In this document: in pieces, positions 1 to 9,584 of the stretch | Layout of the letters: each line of letters begins with the position of its first letter | Position numbering within the stretch: position 1 is the stretch's first letter | Source of the DNA: a virus | Reading direction: 5' to 3' (one strand) | DNA length: 64,000 nucleotides | Virus record (IMG/VR): IMGVR_UViG_3300037067_006209 | Location: 1,252-65,251 of that record | Program-made: the position numbers and the translations under genes | Notes under the pieces: model-generated | Databases searched by the model: none | Seen by the model: only the letters and a program-made list of their open reading frames with translations | Told to the model about the DNA's origin: nothing

Positions 1-2
1 AT

Positions 3-941
3 GGCAAACTTGAATGTTTATCAATAGGAGATTATGGAAAGGATGTCAATCTTAAAGCAGATTTTATGGGATTAACAAGAGATATTTCTAAAGTAACTCA
101 TACAGATATGCTACCATTATCAGACAAGTGGGTTGTTACGATATCTACTCAATACGGTTGTTCTATGGGATGTAAATTCTGTGATGTTCCCAAAGTTGGT
201 AAGGGGTTAAATGTTACATATGATGATTTAAAAAATCAAATAATTACAGGATTAAAATTACATCCAGAAGTTACTTCAACTAAGAGGTTAAATATTCATT
301 ATGCTAGAATGGGAGAACCTACATGGAATACTTATGTAATTGATTTTACTAGAAAAATGAGAAAAGAATTATTCCCATATATTAATCGTAGTTTAATTCA
401 TCCAGTAATTTCAACAATGTTACCTAAAAACAATGCAAATCTTGAATGGTTTTTAAATGAATGGATGGATATTAAAAATTATGACTTTAGGGGAGATGCT
501 GGATTACAACTATCAATTAATTCAACATCAAATGAAGAACGTGAACTTATGTTTAATGGAAATGCTTGTTCTTTAGAAAGAGTTTCTGAAATTGGTAATA
601 TGTTAGATATGCCAAAAGGTAGAAAAATAACATTGAATTTTGCAATTGCAGGATATGAAATTAATTCAGAAAAGTTAGCTGATTTATTTAATCCTGATAA
701 ATTTATTGTTAAGCTTACTCCAATGCACAAGACTTATACAGCCTTAGAAAACGATATAAAAACTCAAGGTGATTACACTACATATTATCCATATTTACAT
801 ATAGAAGAAAGCTTGAAGAAGGTTGGCTTTGATGTATTAGTTTTTGTTGCTTCTGAATATGAAGATTTAGGAAGAATTACTTGTGGTAATGCTATTTTGA
901 GTGGAACAATGCCTGAGTGTCCTTATGAGGAATTAATATGA
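3..941 (+). CDS. Radical SAM protein, RlmN/Cfr-like RNA methyltransferase family (5' end truncated by window)
   Basis: ISTQYGCSMGCKFC (CxxxCxxC), RMGEP motif, LQLSINS, C-terminal TCG; frame is open from position 3 to the ATG at 66. Confidence 0.8.
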   Translation, partial: GKLECLSIGDYGKDVNLKADFMGLTRDISKVTHTDMLPLSDKWVVTISTQYGCSMGCKFCDVPKVGKGLNVTYDDLKNQIITGLKLHPEVTSTKRLNIHYARMGEPTWNTYVIDFTRKMRKELFPYINRSLIHPVISTMLPKNNANLEWFLNEWMDIKNYDFRGDAGLQLSINSTSNEERELMFNGNACSLERVSEIGNMLDMPKGRKITLNFAIAGYEINSEKLADLFNPDKFIVKLTPMHKTYTALENDIKTQGDYTTYYPYLHIEESLKKVGFDVLVFVASEYEDLGRITCGNAILSGTMPECPYEELI

Positions 942-1120
942 TTACATATATTAATAATATAATTAAAAAACATATTAAATTTTTATCAGATTGTAAATTT
1001 ATTCTATGGTTGGTTAAACAAATGATTGTATGCTACATAAAAGGTGACAAAGATGGAGTATTAGAATGTAAATGCTTTATAAAAATACATTGGAATTATA
1101 AGAGTACAAAAATAAGTTAA
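938..1120 (+). CDS. Hypothetical protein
   Basis: ORF overlapping upstream stop, GAGG RBS. Confidence 0.5.
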   Translation: MITYINNIIKKHIKFLSDCKFILWLVKQMIVCYIKGDKDGVLECKCFIKIHWNYKSTKIS

Positions 1121-1142
1121 TGAAAAGATTATTCTATAACAT

Positions 1143-1496
1143 ATGAAAGGAAAATTTATGGATATAGTTCTAACAATACCCAAAAGTGAATATAAACATG
1201 ATGATTTAGAAACAGAATATTTCAAAGAAAATAAAGATGCTTTTCAGTTTTGGTCATTAAGTAGAAAGCCTAAAAAATTAAATATTGGTGACAGAGTGTA
1301 TTTTGTTAAGAATAATAAAATAGATTCCTCAATGAAAGTATTTGATGTTAAGAAACATAGCACTATGAAATGTGAAGTAACTAATAGAGTGTGGACAAGA
1401 GAATATCAAATATTTATGAATGATTTAAAAAGTGAAAATATTAATATAGAAGTCAAAGGGTTTCAAGGCTTCAGATATAAATGGTGGGAGGCATAA
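1143..1496 (+). CDS. PUA/ASCH/EVE-like domain protein (true start probably 1158)
   Basis: PKKLNIGDRVYFV and KGFQGFRY motifs typical of PUA-like phage proteins. Confidence 0.5.
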   Translation: MKGKFMDIVLTIPKSEYKHDDLETEYFKENKDAFQFWSLSRKPKKLNIGDRVYFVKNNKIDSSMKVFDVKKHSTMKCEVTNRVWTREYQIFMNDLKSENINIEVKGFQGFRYKWWEA

Positions 1497-1498
1497 TT

Positions 1499-1729
1499 AT
1501 GAGAGATTTAAGAAGAATTGATGTGTTATTAAATGAAAGTACAGAAGAAGAATTTCATAATGGTGATATTGTAAAAATAATTACTTCATGGAATAGTCAC
1601 ACAGAATTTATTGGTAAACTTGTTTGGATAGAAACTTCAGAATTAACAATAGATATGAGCAAAGAATATGAGAGTTTCACTAAAAAGTTTAAGTTTGATG
1701 ATATTGCTAAGATTGAAAAGGTGCAATAG
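1499..1729 (+). CDS. Hypothetical protein
   Basis: GGGAGG RBS then ATG 1499. Confidence 0.6.
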   Translation: MRDLRRIDVLLNESTEEEFHNGDIVKIITSWNSHTEFIGKLVWIETSELTIDMSKEYESFTKKFKFDDIAKIEKVQ

Positions 1730-1765
1730 AAGACATATTTTAATCAAATATAAGGAGAAATATAA

Positions 1766-1993
1766 ATGAATATTGAAGAAAGATTAACAAGAATAGAAAG
1801 AAAGCTCTTTCCAGAAAACATAAAAACATTATATGATTATCATTCAAGATGTAATACTGATTCGTGTTTTTATAATAATACACATCATCAAAATTTTGAG
1901 GAATATCCAAATAGTATTGGTATATGTCCATATTGTGGAAGTAATCTAGAAATATATAATATTTATCAACATGAAGAAATAATTTTTGAATAA
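1766..1993 (+). CDS. Hypothetical Zn-ribbon protein
   Basis: AAGGAG RBS; CxxxxC and CPYCG. Confidence 0.6.
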   Translation: MNIEERLTRIERKLFPENIKTLYDYHSRCNTDSCFYNNTHHQNFEEYPNSIGICPYCGSNLEIYNIYQHEEIIFE

Positions 1994-2036
1994 TGTAATG
2001 ATATAGAATCACGATTTGATAACATAATTAAGGCAG

Positions 2037-2531
2037 GTGATACTTATTACTAAGCAGCAACAATTACAAGAATTATACACAGATTGGAATGAATTAGAGG
2101 CATATCGTAGGTTACAAGATGAATCATTCGATTTTGGAACAGGATTAATAATCAATGATTCTACTGAGAGCGAAGATGTATATTATAAAATTTCACAATG
2201 GAATATTGATGATTATATTGATTATTTGGAAGATAATTGTTACTTTAAAAAGAAGTCTAAGTACTTTAAATATAGAGGTAATTATTATCAAAATAAAGTA
2301 TATGATAAAGAATATTTTAAAATACTTCAACAAAAATATTGGTGGACAGTATACGAGAAAAATATGTTTCAAGATGATGAACCACATTATTTATTAAGAA
2401 ATTGGTTTGCTACAAATACAAGAAGATATTATAAAAAATACAGTAATCATTGTGTTAGAAAGAATAAACATTTTGGATTGAAAGGTAATAGCTATCGTAA
2501 GGTTTTTAATTATTGGAGTATGATTTGGTAA
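2037..2531 (+). CDS. Hypothetical phage protein
   Basis: 164-aa ORF between two boundary sites. Confidence 0.6.
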   Translation: MILITKQQQLQELYTDWNELEAYRRLQDESFDFGTGLIINDSTESEDVYYKISQWNIDDYIDYLEDNCYFKKKSKYFKYRGNYYQNKVYDKEYFKILQQKYWWTVYEKNMFQDDEPHYLLRNWFATNTRRYYKKYSNHCVRKNKHFGLKGNSYRKVFNYWSMIW

Positions 2532-2592
2532 GAGAACAAAAGGCGTATTTTATAAAGATTATATTGTATATTTCGGAAAGAAAGGATTAAAA

Positions 2593-2775
2593 ATGAGTGA
2601 AAAAAATTGTGGGACATGTAGAAATTCAGAAGGTATAGACGGAACTAATAGAATTGGTTGTAATATTGACAAGAAACAGCATGATATAGATTACAAATGC
2701 TTATGTTATGAAGGAGATTATGTTTTCGATTTAAGAACAGGATTCCCAATACTTCGAAAAGATGTTAATGCATAA
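2593..2775 (+). CDS. Small Cys-rich hypothetical protein
   Basis: AAAGGA RBS, CxxC. Confidence 0.55.
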   Translation: MSEKNCGTCRNSEGIDGTNRIGCNIDKKQHDIDYKCLCYEGDYVFDLRTGFPILRKDVNA

Positions 2776-2847
2776 ATGTTCTTAGAAAAGTGAACAGAAT
2801 GTATTATTTATAATAATTATTATATGCCGTTATTAAAATAAATTGTG

Positions 2848-2876
2848 TTGACATTATCAATGTAATATGCTAATAT
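2848..2876 (+). promoter_or_regulatory. SigmaA promoter upstream of tRNA/ncRNA cluster
   Basis: TTGACA-17bp-TAATAT with TG extension. Confidence 0.75.
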
Positions 2877-2882
2877 ATAATT

Positions 2883-2973
2883 ATGGAACGAGGACTACTG
2901 AAAAACTCGATTCGGTGTACATAGTAATTCAAGTATCCGAGAGAATGTATATAAACCGAATGATATGCTCCAT
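2883..2973 (+). ncRNA. Putative structured ncRNA or leader preceding tRNA-Lys
   Basis: Closing stem ATGGA/TCCAT, inner stems TTCGGT/ACCGAA and GTACAT/ATGTAT; starts at the predicted TSS. Confidence 0.35.
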
Positions 2974-2980
2974 TATAAAT

Positions 2981-3056
2981 GCGTTATTAACTCAGTTGGT
3001 AGAGTACGAAACTTTTAATTTCGGAGTCATTGGTTCAAATCCAATATAACACACCA
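2981..3056 (+). tRNA. tRNA-Lys (anticodon TTT)
   Basis: Cloverleaf: GCGTTAT/ATAACAC acceptor (one mismatch), CGAAA-CTTTTAA-TTTCG anticodon arm, ATTGG-TTCAAAT-CCAAT T arm, encoded CCA. Confidence 0.92.
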
Positions 3057-3177
3057 GAATGCAGTTCAATTCTGCTCGTTTGCCGAGGATTGGTATGAGT
3101 ATGCTGTTCGAATCAGTGAAAGATTTAGGTAAGTAAATGGCAGCGTTTGTAGGTATCGTATAAACCTTCTTACATAC

Positions 3178-3248
3178 GGAGAAGTAGTTTAATTGGGAGA
3201 TGCGTGGCTATAAGCTAGGTGGTATGGGTTCAAGTCCCATCTTCTCCA
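3178..3248 (+). tRNA. tRNA-like gene with apparent ATA anticodon (Tyr-type or pseudo-tRNA)
   Basis: GGAGAAG/CTTCTCC acceptor, ATGGG-TTCAAGT-CCCAT T arm; imperfect anticodon stem CGTGG/CTAGG, loop CTATAAG; no encoded CCA. Confidence 0.65.
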
Positions 3249-3274
3249 CTAAATAATAATATAATTATGAAAGG

Positions 3275-3658
3275 ATGATTATTATGAATAAATTTATATG
3301 TAAGAGATGTGGTAGTTCCAATATACATATTCAAGAGAATGGAACACAAATTGGATTATATTGTTCGGATTGTGGAGCATGGATTAAATGGTTAGGTAAA
3401 GATGATAGAAGATTAGCTGAATTACAGATTCAGAATAATAAGGATAAGAATAAAGTATTAGAATCTAATGTAGATAATAATGATTTCATTGATAAATTAT
3501 TAGATTATGTAACTAAATCCGAAGAAGATTATTATGAGTTGGCTTTTAAAGAAATGGATAAAGGTAATATGCAAGGGAATTTAGTTATGCAAGCACAAGC
3601 TACAGCATTTCAACGTGTTAGATATTATATTCAACATTTATTGGATAATAATAAATAA
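3275..3658 (+). CDS. Zn-ribbon hypothetical protein
   Basis: CKRCG and GLYCSDCGAWIKWL. Confidence 0.65.
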   Translation: MIIMNKFICKRCGSSNIHIQENGTQIGLYCSDCGAWIKWLGKDDRRLAELQIQNNKDKNKVLESNVDNNDFIDKLLDYVTKSEEDYYELAFKEMDKGNMQGNLVMQAQATAFQRVRYYIQHLLDNNK

Positions 3659-3701
3659 TGTTATAAAATTCTGATATAGATTTTAATAAGGGGATAATTA
3701 T

Positions 3702-4451
3702 TTGACGAGAGAAGAATATAATAAAAGTAAATGGTTAGAAAATCATAGAGTAAATGAAGATGGTGTTATTGAAAGACTATGTTCGTCATGTGGTAATTGG
3801 ATTGAGGAAAGCGAACAGTTTTTCTATTATAAAAATAAATCTAATAAAGAAAAAGGATTTCAAGGAGAATGTAAAGAATGTGGAAGGGTAAGAAGTCTGA
3901 AAAGAAAATGGGAAAATATAGAAGATGTAAATAGAAAACATGCTATATGGTATTCTGCAAGATTGCAGAATGACCCTGAGTTTAGAGAAAAACATAGACA
4001 AAGAGCACAAAAGGCAAGAGATAGAGGTTATTATAGAAATTATTATCAAAGACCAGAAGTTAAAGCAAGAGATTATAGTGGTAAAAGAATGAAAAATAAA
4101 AAGCATTTAATCACAGATGTTGAATGGACAAATTGCAAGGAATATTTTGATAACCGTTGTGCCTATTGTGGTTTACCTATAGAAGAGCATTTAGTAAAAT
4201 ATAGGGGAGTATTAAAACTTCAAGATTTACATAAAGAACATGTTGTAGAGAACGGGAAAAATGATTTAAGTAACTGTGTTCCATCGTGCCAAGTTTGTAA
4301 TTCAAGGAAGAACATCAAAAGTTTAAATAATTGGTATAACATTAATAATATAAGTTATACATATGAACGCTATTATAAGATTTATATATGGTTAAGATAT
4401 GATTATAAAAAATACATAAAGCAAAAGAAAATCAAAAAGAACATAAAATGA
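3702..4451 (+). CDS. HNH endonuclease (paralog family A)
   Basis: CAYCG...KEHV...NDLSNCVPSCQVCNSRK; TTG start. Confidence 0.85.
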   Translation: MTREEYNKSKWLENHRVNEDGVIERLCSSCGNWIEESEQFFYYKNKSNKEKGFQGECKECGRVRSLKRKWENIEDVNRKHAIWYSARLQNDPEFREKHRQRAQKARDRGYYRNYYQRPEVKARDYSGKRMKNKKHLITDVEWTNCKEYFDNRCAYCGLPIEEHLVKYRGVLKLQDLHKEHVVENGKNDLSNCVPSCQVCNSRKNIKSLNNWYNINNISYTYERYYKIYIWLRYDYKKYIKQKKIKKNIK

Positions 4452-4492
4452 ACTTTTGATAACATTATTAATAGGAAAGGAAGTTATACATA

Positions 4493-4921
4493 ATGAAAAG
4501 TAATGAGCATTTAGGCAGTATATGGTCTACTATAAATCAAAAATGTAACAATCCTAATAATTCGGATTTTGAATATTATGGTGGTAAAGGTATTATATTA
4601 TGTGAAGAGTGGGATAATTATAATACTTTTAAAGAATGGGCAACAAATAATGGATATAAGGATAATCTAGTTTTAAGTAGAAAGGATACTGAAGGAGATT
4701 ATTGTCCAGAAAATTGCGAGTGGATTACTGATTCATTACATAGACAAAAAAGAAGAAAATATGAAGCAATGGTAGAATATAATGGAAATATAATTAGTAT
4801 TTATGAATTAGGTAATATTGTTAATATAAATGTTAAAACTATAATCTCAAGATACTTAGCAGGATGTAGGGGAATGGATTTAGTAAGAGTACCTAATAAA
4901 AGTATTAAGGTAGCTGTGTAA
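4493..4921 (+). CDS. HNH homing-endonuclease-like protein (degenerate)
   Basis: CNNPN..YYGGKGI..CEEW..F.EWA..GY..GDYCPENCEW pattern. Confidence 0.65.
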   Translation: MKSNEHLGSIWSTINQKCNNPNNSDFEYYGGKGIILCEEWDNYNTFKEWATNNGYKDNLVLSRKDTEGDYCPENCEWITDSLHRQKRRKYEAMVEYNGNIISIYELGNIVNINVKTIISRYLAGCRGMDLVRVPNKSIKVAV

Positions 4922-4942
4922 ACGAAAGTGAGGAATACTACA

Positions 4943-5116
4943 TATGTTTTATGTTACAAGTAAAAAACCAGAATCAATATTCGATGAAAAATCAGGTATG
5001 AGAAATAAAAAGAAGGTTTATTCTGTACAATACAAAAGTGGATATCCATTCTTTACCTTCTATGAAAATGGACAATGGATAACCCGTAGTGCAAAACATT
5101 ATGAGCCAGTAGAATA
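4943..5116 (+). CDS. Small hypothetical protein
   Basis: GAGGA RBS, 57-aa ORF. Confidence 0.5.
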
Positions 5117-5167
5117 AAAGTGAATGAACTACGAATTTCATAATAAATTAAAGACGAGGATAATAAA

Positions 5168-5920
5168 ATGAATAAAGAATTAGTAATACCATATGAAAAT
5201 TGGAAATCAAATTATTGTTGTGAATGTGGGAAAGATATGACAAATCAAGAATCATTTTGGAAAGTATTTAGAGAGTTTGGTGGAAAAGTATATCAAGTAA
5301 AAATTTGTGATGATTGTGAAGACCCTTATCATACTTCACAAAAACAAATTGATTTTAAGAATTACTTTAAAGAACTACTTATACAAAATAATTTATATGA
5401 TGTTTTTTGTGCTTATTATAAAATTGATTTTAATAAGAACAAATATTGTTTTGATAATATTAATAGAGATGGAGAAGATATTGAAAATTGGAAAGAATAT
5501 TTTTTAATAAGTTTTTCTTCATATGAGATAAAATTTTCTGAACAATTTATATTGCAGGAAAAATATGAAATAGGGAAATCTTTTATAAATCCAATCATTG
5601 ATATGCTTTTAAAAAATGGATTTGAAATAATACAAAAATATACTCATATTGACAATAATTCAATAAATATAGAATTAGTTAATAATAAAACTAAAGAAAA
5701 ACATCTAAAAGAATATGAAGAAGAAAAAGTTAAAATTAATGATTTAAAAAACCAAAAAGATAATATAGATAATAATATAATTTCTAATATTATTAGGTTT
5801 GAGGAATTGAAGTTACTTATCGACAATGCATTAAAAAATAATGATAAAAATTTATTTACATTACTTATAGAAGAATTTAATGCAATTGAAAAAATTTTTA
5901 AAATGAACATAGAAAACTGA
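5168..5920 (+). CDS. Hypothetical protein with N-terminal Zn finger and C-terminal IDEAL-like domain
   Basis: CECG..CDDC; LIDNALKNNDKNLF. Confidence 0.6.
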   Translation: MNKELVIPYENWKSNYCCECGKDMTNQESFWKVFREFGGKVYQVKICDDCEDPYHTSQKQIDFKNYFKELLIQNNLYDVFCAYYKIDFNKNKYCFDNINRDGEDIENWKEYFLISFSSYEIKFSEQFILQEKYEIGKSFINPIIDMLLKNGFEIIQKYTHIDNNSINIELVNNKTKEKHLKEYEEEKVKINDLKNQKDNIDNNIISNIIRFEELKLLIDNALKNNDKNLFTLLIEEFNAIEKIFKMNIEN

Positions 5921-5953
5921 TTAATTTAACTATTATAAATGGAGGAATAAAAA

Positions 5954-6265
5954 ATGTGTGATAAAAAATTCTCAAATTATATAGGAGAAGTGTATGATTT
6001 TAATACAAATAATTATTTAGGTAAGACTTTAATACCAATTGGGTTTGAATCTTATAGTTGTCAATATATTGGTAAAAAATGTTTTATAAAAATAGATTCA
6101 GATATTCAAATTAAACAAATTCCCAATAAAGTAAAAATAATTATGAACGTTAATGACTCTAATATGGTTAATATTTATCAAATAAATTATATTTATGACA
6201 TTTTAGGAAGTATAAAAGATTGCTACAAATGTAAATTTATAGAAGTATATAAAACTGAAATTTAA
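5954..6265 (+). CDS. Hypothetical protein
   Basis: GGAGG RBS. Confidence 0.55.
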   Translation: MCDKKFSNYIGEVYDFNTNNYLGKTLIPIGFESYSCQYIGKKCFIKIDSDIQIKQIPNKVKIIMNVNDSNMVNIYQINYIYDILGSIKDCYKCKFIEVYKTEI

Positions 6266-6275
6266 AGGGAGATAT

Positions 6276-6593
6276 ATGATGATAAGAATTCAATCAAAAA
6301 TAGGAAAAAATGGAAAGCCTAGTTATAAAATAAGTAGAGAATATTCATCAATGACTACATATAGAGGGGTGCATAAAAAACCTTTCTATATTAAAAAGGA
6401 TAATTTATTTATTAGTGAGTTGAAAGTTAATTCTAGAAATTCTGTAAGAAAATTTATAATCTCTATAAGACGTGATGGCACTAACGAGAATGACAGAGAA
6501 TATATACTATCGCAAATGGTTTTTGATGAGGAAGAATTAATTCAAGTAAGAGATTGTATAAACAATATTTTAAATAATGTAATAAAAGACTGA
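6276..6593 (+). CDS. Hypothetical protein
   Basis: GGGAG RBS. Confidence 0.55.
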   Translation: MMIRIQSKIGKNGKPSYKISREYSSMTTYRGVHKKPFYIKKDNLFISELKVNSRNSVRKFIISIRRDGTNENDREYILSQMVFDEEELIQVRDCINNILNNVIKD

Positions 6594-6626
6594 TTTTAAT
6601 TAAACTTATATGAAAGGAATTTAATA

Positions 6627-6848
6627 ATGGCTAAAATATATTTTCAAGATTATCCAGACAAGAATCAAGCAACTGTGATGATTGGATATGTAGATTCAGA
6701 AACAGGCATGGGCGAAGCTAATTTATATAGTATTGCAAATACATATCACATTGATATTAATGAAAATGGAATAGTTAAACAAACAGGTACTTATAAGCAA
6801 GATGCATATAAATTTGCATCTGAAGCAATAGATAAAGTAAATAAATAA
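6627..6848 (+). CDS. Hypothetical protein
   Basis: AAAGGA RBS; bracketed by boundary sites. Confidence 0.6.
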   Translation: MAKIYFQDYPDKNQATVMIGYVDSETGMGEANLYSIANTYHIDINENGIVKQTGTYKQDAYKFASEAIDKVNK

Positions 6849-6894
6849 TAGATTTCATAACATATTAAAATAAATTTTTAGAGAGGAATAAAAT

Positions 6895-8082
6895 ATGAGT
6901 TACATATTTGAAAAGAAAAAGTTATATAATTATTTGGGTAGTTCATTGGTAGACACTTTGCAAAAATATAATGCATATGTAGCTGGTGGAGCTGTTACTA
7001 GTTTACTATGTAATAGAGATATTAATGATGTAGATATTTATTTTAGAAATAAAAATGATGCTGGAGACTTTGTTGGAGAAATAATTGAAAGTAGTGGTTG
7101 GATTATTAGTCATACGAAAAAGGCTACTGCCTTTAGATATAATAGTATAACTTGTCAAGTAATTCATTTTGATTATTTTGAAACGCCAGAAGATATATTT
7201 AAAAAGTTTGATTATACTATATGCATGGGAGTATTTGATTTTTCTAAAGAAGAATTTGTATTCCATGAAGACTTTTTTAAGCATAATGTCCAAAAGCTTT
7301 TAAAATTTAATGAAGATACAGCATATCCTATAATATCGGCGTTACGTATACAAAAGTATGAAGATAAGGGATATACGATTTCTAAACCAGAATATATTAA
7401 AGTATTATTAACTTGTATGAATCTTAAAATAGATAATTATGAAGATTTAAAGGAACAAATGGGTGGAATGTATGGGGTTAATTATGATAAATTACTTAAA
7501 CCAGAGGATGGTAAAGAATTTAATCTTAGTGCAATTATAAGTAAGTTAAGTGATTTAATATTAGAGAATGATTACTTTAATGAACCAGAACCTTATAAAT
7601 TTCCTGATGATATTGATGATTTGGTTTATGAAATTAATGAAACTAAGATAAAAGTATTTAAGTTCAAGAATAAGTATTTTAAATATAAAGGTAATATTTT
7701 TGAATACATAAACAAGAGTGATATTGATAAAAAAGAAATATATGAATTAGTAGATGCTGATACCATACTTCATTCTGGTATTAAGTTTTATAAATTTGTA
7801 CAAAAAACAAAAGATAATAAATATTATAGCTTTTATGATAAGAGTTTTGAATACAAGATTGAAGAAGAAGTTAAATCAAAGAAAAATGATTATTCTTCAG
7901 GAATATATTGTGGACATTTAAAAAATGTAAGTGATTTTTCATATTCAGATAAAGAAGAAAGTGTATTAATTGAATTAGAATTATTAGATATTAATGACAT
8001 ATTAAATTTTAATAGTTTTATATTAAATAGAGCGAAAGTAATAAGAGAAGTTCCGAAAGAAGAATATGAAAAATATTTATAA
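6895..8082 (+). CDS. Nucleotidyltransferase, poly(A)-polymerase/CCA-adding head-like
   Basis: YVAGGAVTSLL..RDINDVDIYF (GG..DxD) and FDYTICM. Confidence 0.7.
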   Translation: MSYIFEKKKLYNYLGSSLVDTLQKYNAYVAGGAVTSLLCNRDINDVDIYFRNKNDAGDFVGEIIESSGWIISHTKKATAFRYNSITCQVIHFDYFETPEDIFKKFDYTICMGVFDFSKEEFVFHEDFFKHNVQKLLKFNEDTAYPIISALRIQKYEDKGYTISKPEYIKVLLTCMNLKIDNYEDLKEQMGGMYGVNYDKLLKPEDGKEFNLSAIISKLSDLILENDYFNEPEPYKFPDDIDDLVYEINETKIKVFKFKNKYFKYKGNIFEYINKSDIDKKEIYELVDADTILHSGIKFYKFVQKTKDNKYYSFYDKSFEYKIEEEVKSKKNDYSSGIYCGHLKNVSDFSYSDKEESVLIELELLDINDILNFNSFILNRAKVIREVPKEEYEKYL

Positions 8083-8129
8083 TAAAATTTCTATTTCAAG
8101 TTATATTAGTATAATAGGAGATAATATAA

Positions 8130-8312
8130 ATGATTTCAACAAGAAGAATATTTTCCGATACAAATAAATCCATCAATTTAGAAACATTAATGGAAAAAGT
8201 AGATAAATATTTAAATAGCATTTTAACAGAAGGTTTTGAAGTTATTTCTGTCAGTTATGTGTCAGTTGAAAATATATTTTGTACAGTAATTACATTAAGA
8301 ACAATAAAATAG
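8130..8312 (+). CDS. Hypothetical protein
   Basis: AGGAG RBS. Confidence 0.5.
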   Translation: MISTRRIFSDTNKSINLETLMEKVDKYLNSILTEGFEVISVSYVSVENIFCTVITLRTIK

Positions 8313-8331
8313 TAGAAAGGATTAATACATA

Positions 8332-8679
8332 ATGAATTTAAATGAATTAGCAAAAGAAGTACACCAAAATGCCGTTGAGCATGGTTGGTGGGAAGAAGAA
8401 AGAAGTTTTGGTGATATCATATCTTTATGTCATAGTGAGTTATCAGAAGCCTTAGAAGAATATAGAAATAAGAAGGAATTTTTTTATTATCATTATCCAC
8501 AAGGATATTTTAATGCAGAAAGTAGAGAACCTGAAGGTATAGCTGTTGAGTTAGCTGATTGTATTATACGAATATTAGATTATTGTAGTAAAGAAAATAT
8601 TGATATTGATAAAATAGTACATATAAAGCATGAGTTTAATAAAACAAGACCATATAAGCATGGTGGTAAAATAATTTAA
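8332..8679 (+). CDS. MazG-like all-alpha nucleotide pyrophosphohydrolase
   Basis: HSELSEALEEYR...ELADCIIRILD...K.EFNKTRPYKHG. Confidence 0.8.
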   Translation: MNLNELAKEVHQNAVEHGWWEEERSFGDIISLCHSELSEALEEYRNKKEFFYYHYPQGYFNAESREPEGIAVELADCIIRILDYCSKENIDIDKIVHIKHEFNKTRPYKHGGKII

Positions 8680-8691
8680 TTGGAGGTAACT

Positions 8692-9009
8692 ATGAACAAA
8701 CCAGAAGAAATAATTGAGGAATTACAAAAGTTATCAAACTATGCTGAAATATTAAAGAATCCTGACGAGTATTTCGTACATATGAACGGACATCATACTG
8801 CATTATCTTTAGTATTATGTGCATTTGATATTGCTTATAAGAGTAAAGAAATTATTCAAGCATTAGAACAACAGATACCTAAAGATATTACACAAGAAGC
8901 AACTATTCTTACCTATGGAACTTGCCCAAGTTGCAAAAATGTTGTTAGAGAACGCAATCAAGATTTTAATTATTTATATTGTCATTTTTGTGGACAGAAA
9001 TTGTCTTAA
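8692..9009 (+). CDS. Zn-ribbon hypothetical protein
   Basis: ALEQQIPK..CPSC..YCHFCGQKL; GGAGG RBS before ATG 8692. Confidence 0.65.
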   Translation: MNKPEEIIEELQKLSNYAEILKNPDEYFVHMNGHHTALSLVLCAFDIAYKSKEIIQALEQQIPKDITQEATILTYGTCPSCKNVVRERNQDFNYLYCHFCGQKLS

Positions 9010-9079
9010 AATTAGTACATAGAATGACACTTTTATAGCAATATAAAATTAGTAATGTTATCCAATACGTTTAAATATA

Positions 9080-9108
9080 TTGTCGAATTATGAATTATTA
9101 TGTATAAT
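9080..9108 (+). promoter_or_regulatory. SigmaA promoter
   Basis: TTGTCG-17bp-TATAAT. Confidence 0.55.
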
Positions 9109-9143
9109 AAAGTCACATAATAAAATATATTTTGGAGGATATA

Positions 9144-9407
9144 ATGAAATTTATTAAAAGTCATAAACGAAAATATTATGAAACTTGGCACTATATTGAT
9201 AAAGAAAATGATTGTATTGTTCACATTCATCATATTCAAAAAGCAAAGAATTATGAAAATGGTGTTTATCATTTTACAGTAGTTGGAAATGATTTTAAAT
9301 TCTCAAGTATTAAGAACGATATGATTTTCATAGATTTTAATGAATGTGTTGCTGCAATTGAGAAATTAAGAATGATAGGTCTTACAGATAGTCAAAAAGA
9401 AAAATAG
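9144..9407 (+). CDS. Hypothetical protein
   Basis: GGAGG RBS before ATG 9144. Confidence 0.55.
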   Translation: MKFIKSHKRKYYETWHYIDKENDCIVHIHHIQKAKNYENGVYHFTVVGNDFKFSSIKNDMIFIDFNECVAAIEKLRMIGLTDSQKEK

Positions 9408-9535
9408 AATAGATAGATGATAAACAACTCTTTTAAACAGAGTGGAAAGGAGGACTATATGGATTTTAATAATTATAATTTGATTAATTTTGACCGCATA
9501 CTCGTGACTTCAGTCATGAGTTAGGTCAAAAGGTC

Positions 9536-9564
9536 TTGACAAATTTTAACTGTGGGTATATAAT
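9536..9564 (+). promoter_or_regulatory. tnpB promoter
   Basis: TTGACA-17bp-TATAAT. Confidence 0.75.
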
Positions 9565-9584
9565 ATAAATATAAATTAACGGAG

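Noticed and set aside
2867-3049. 60-aa ORF
   Set aside because: Overlaps the promoter and tRNA-Lys; no RBS
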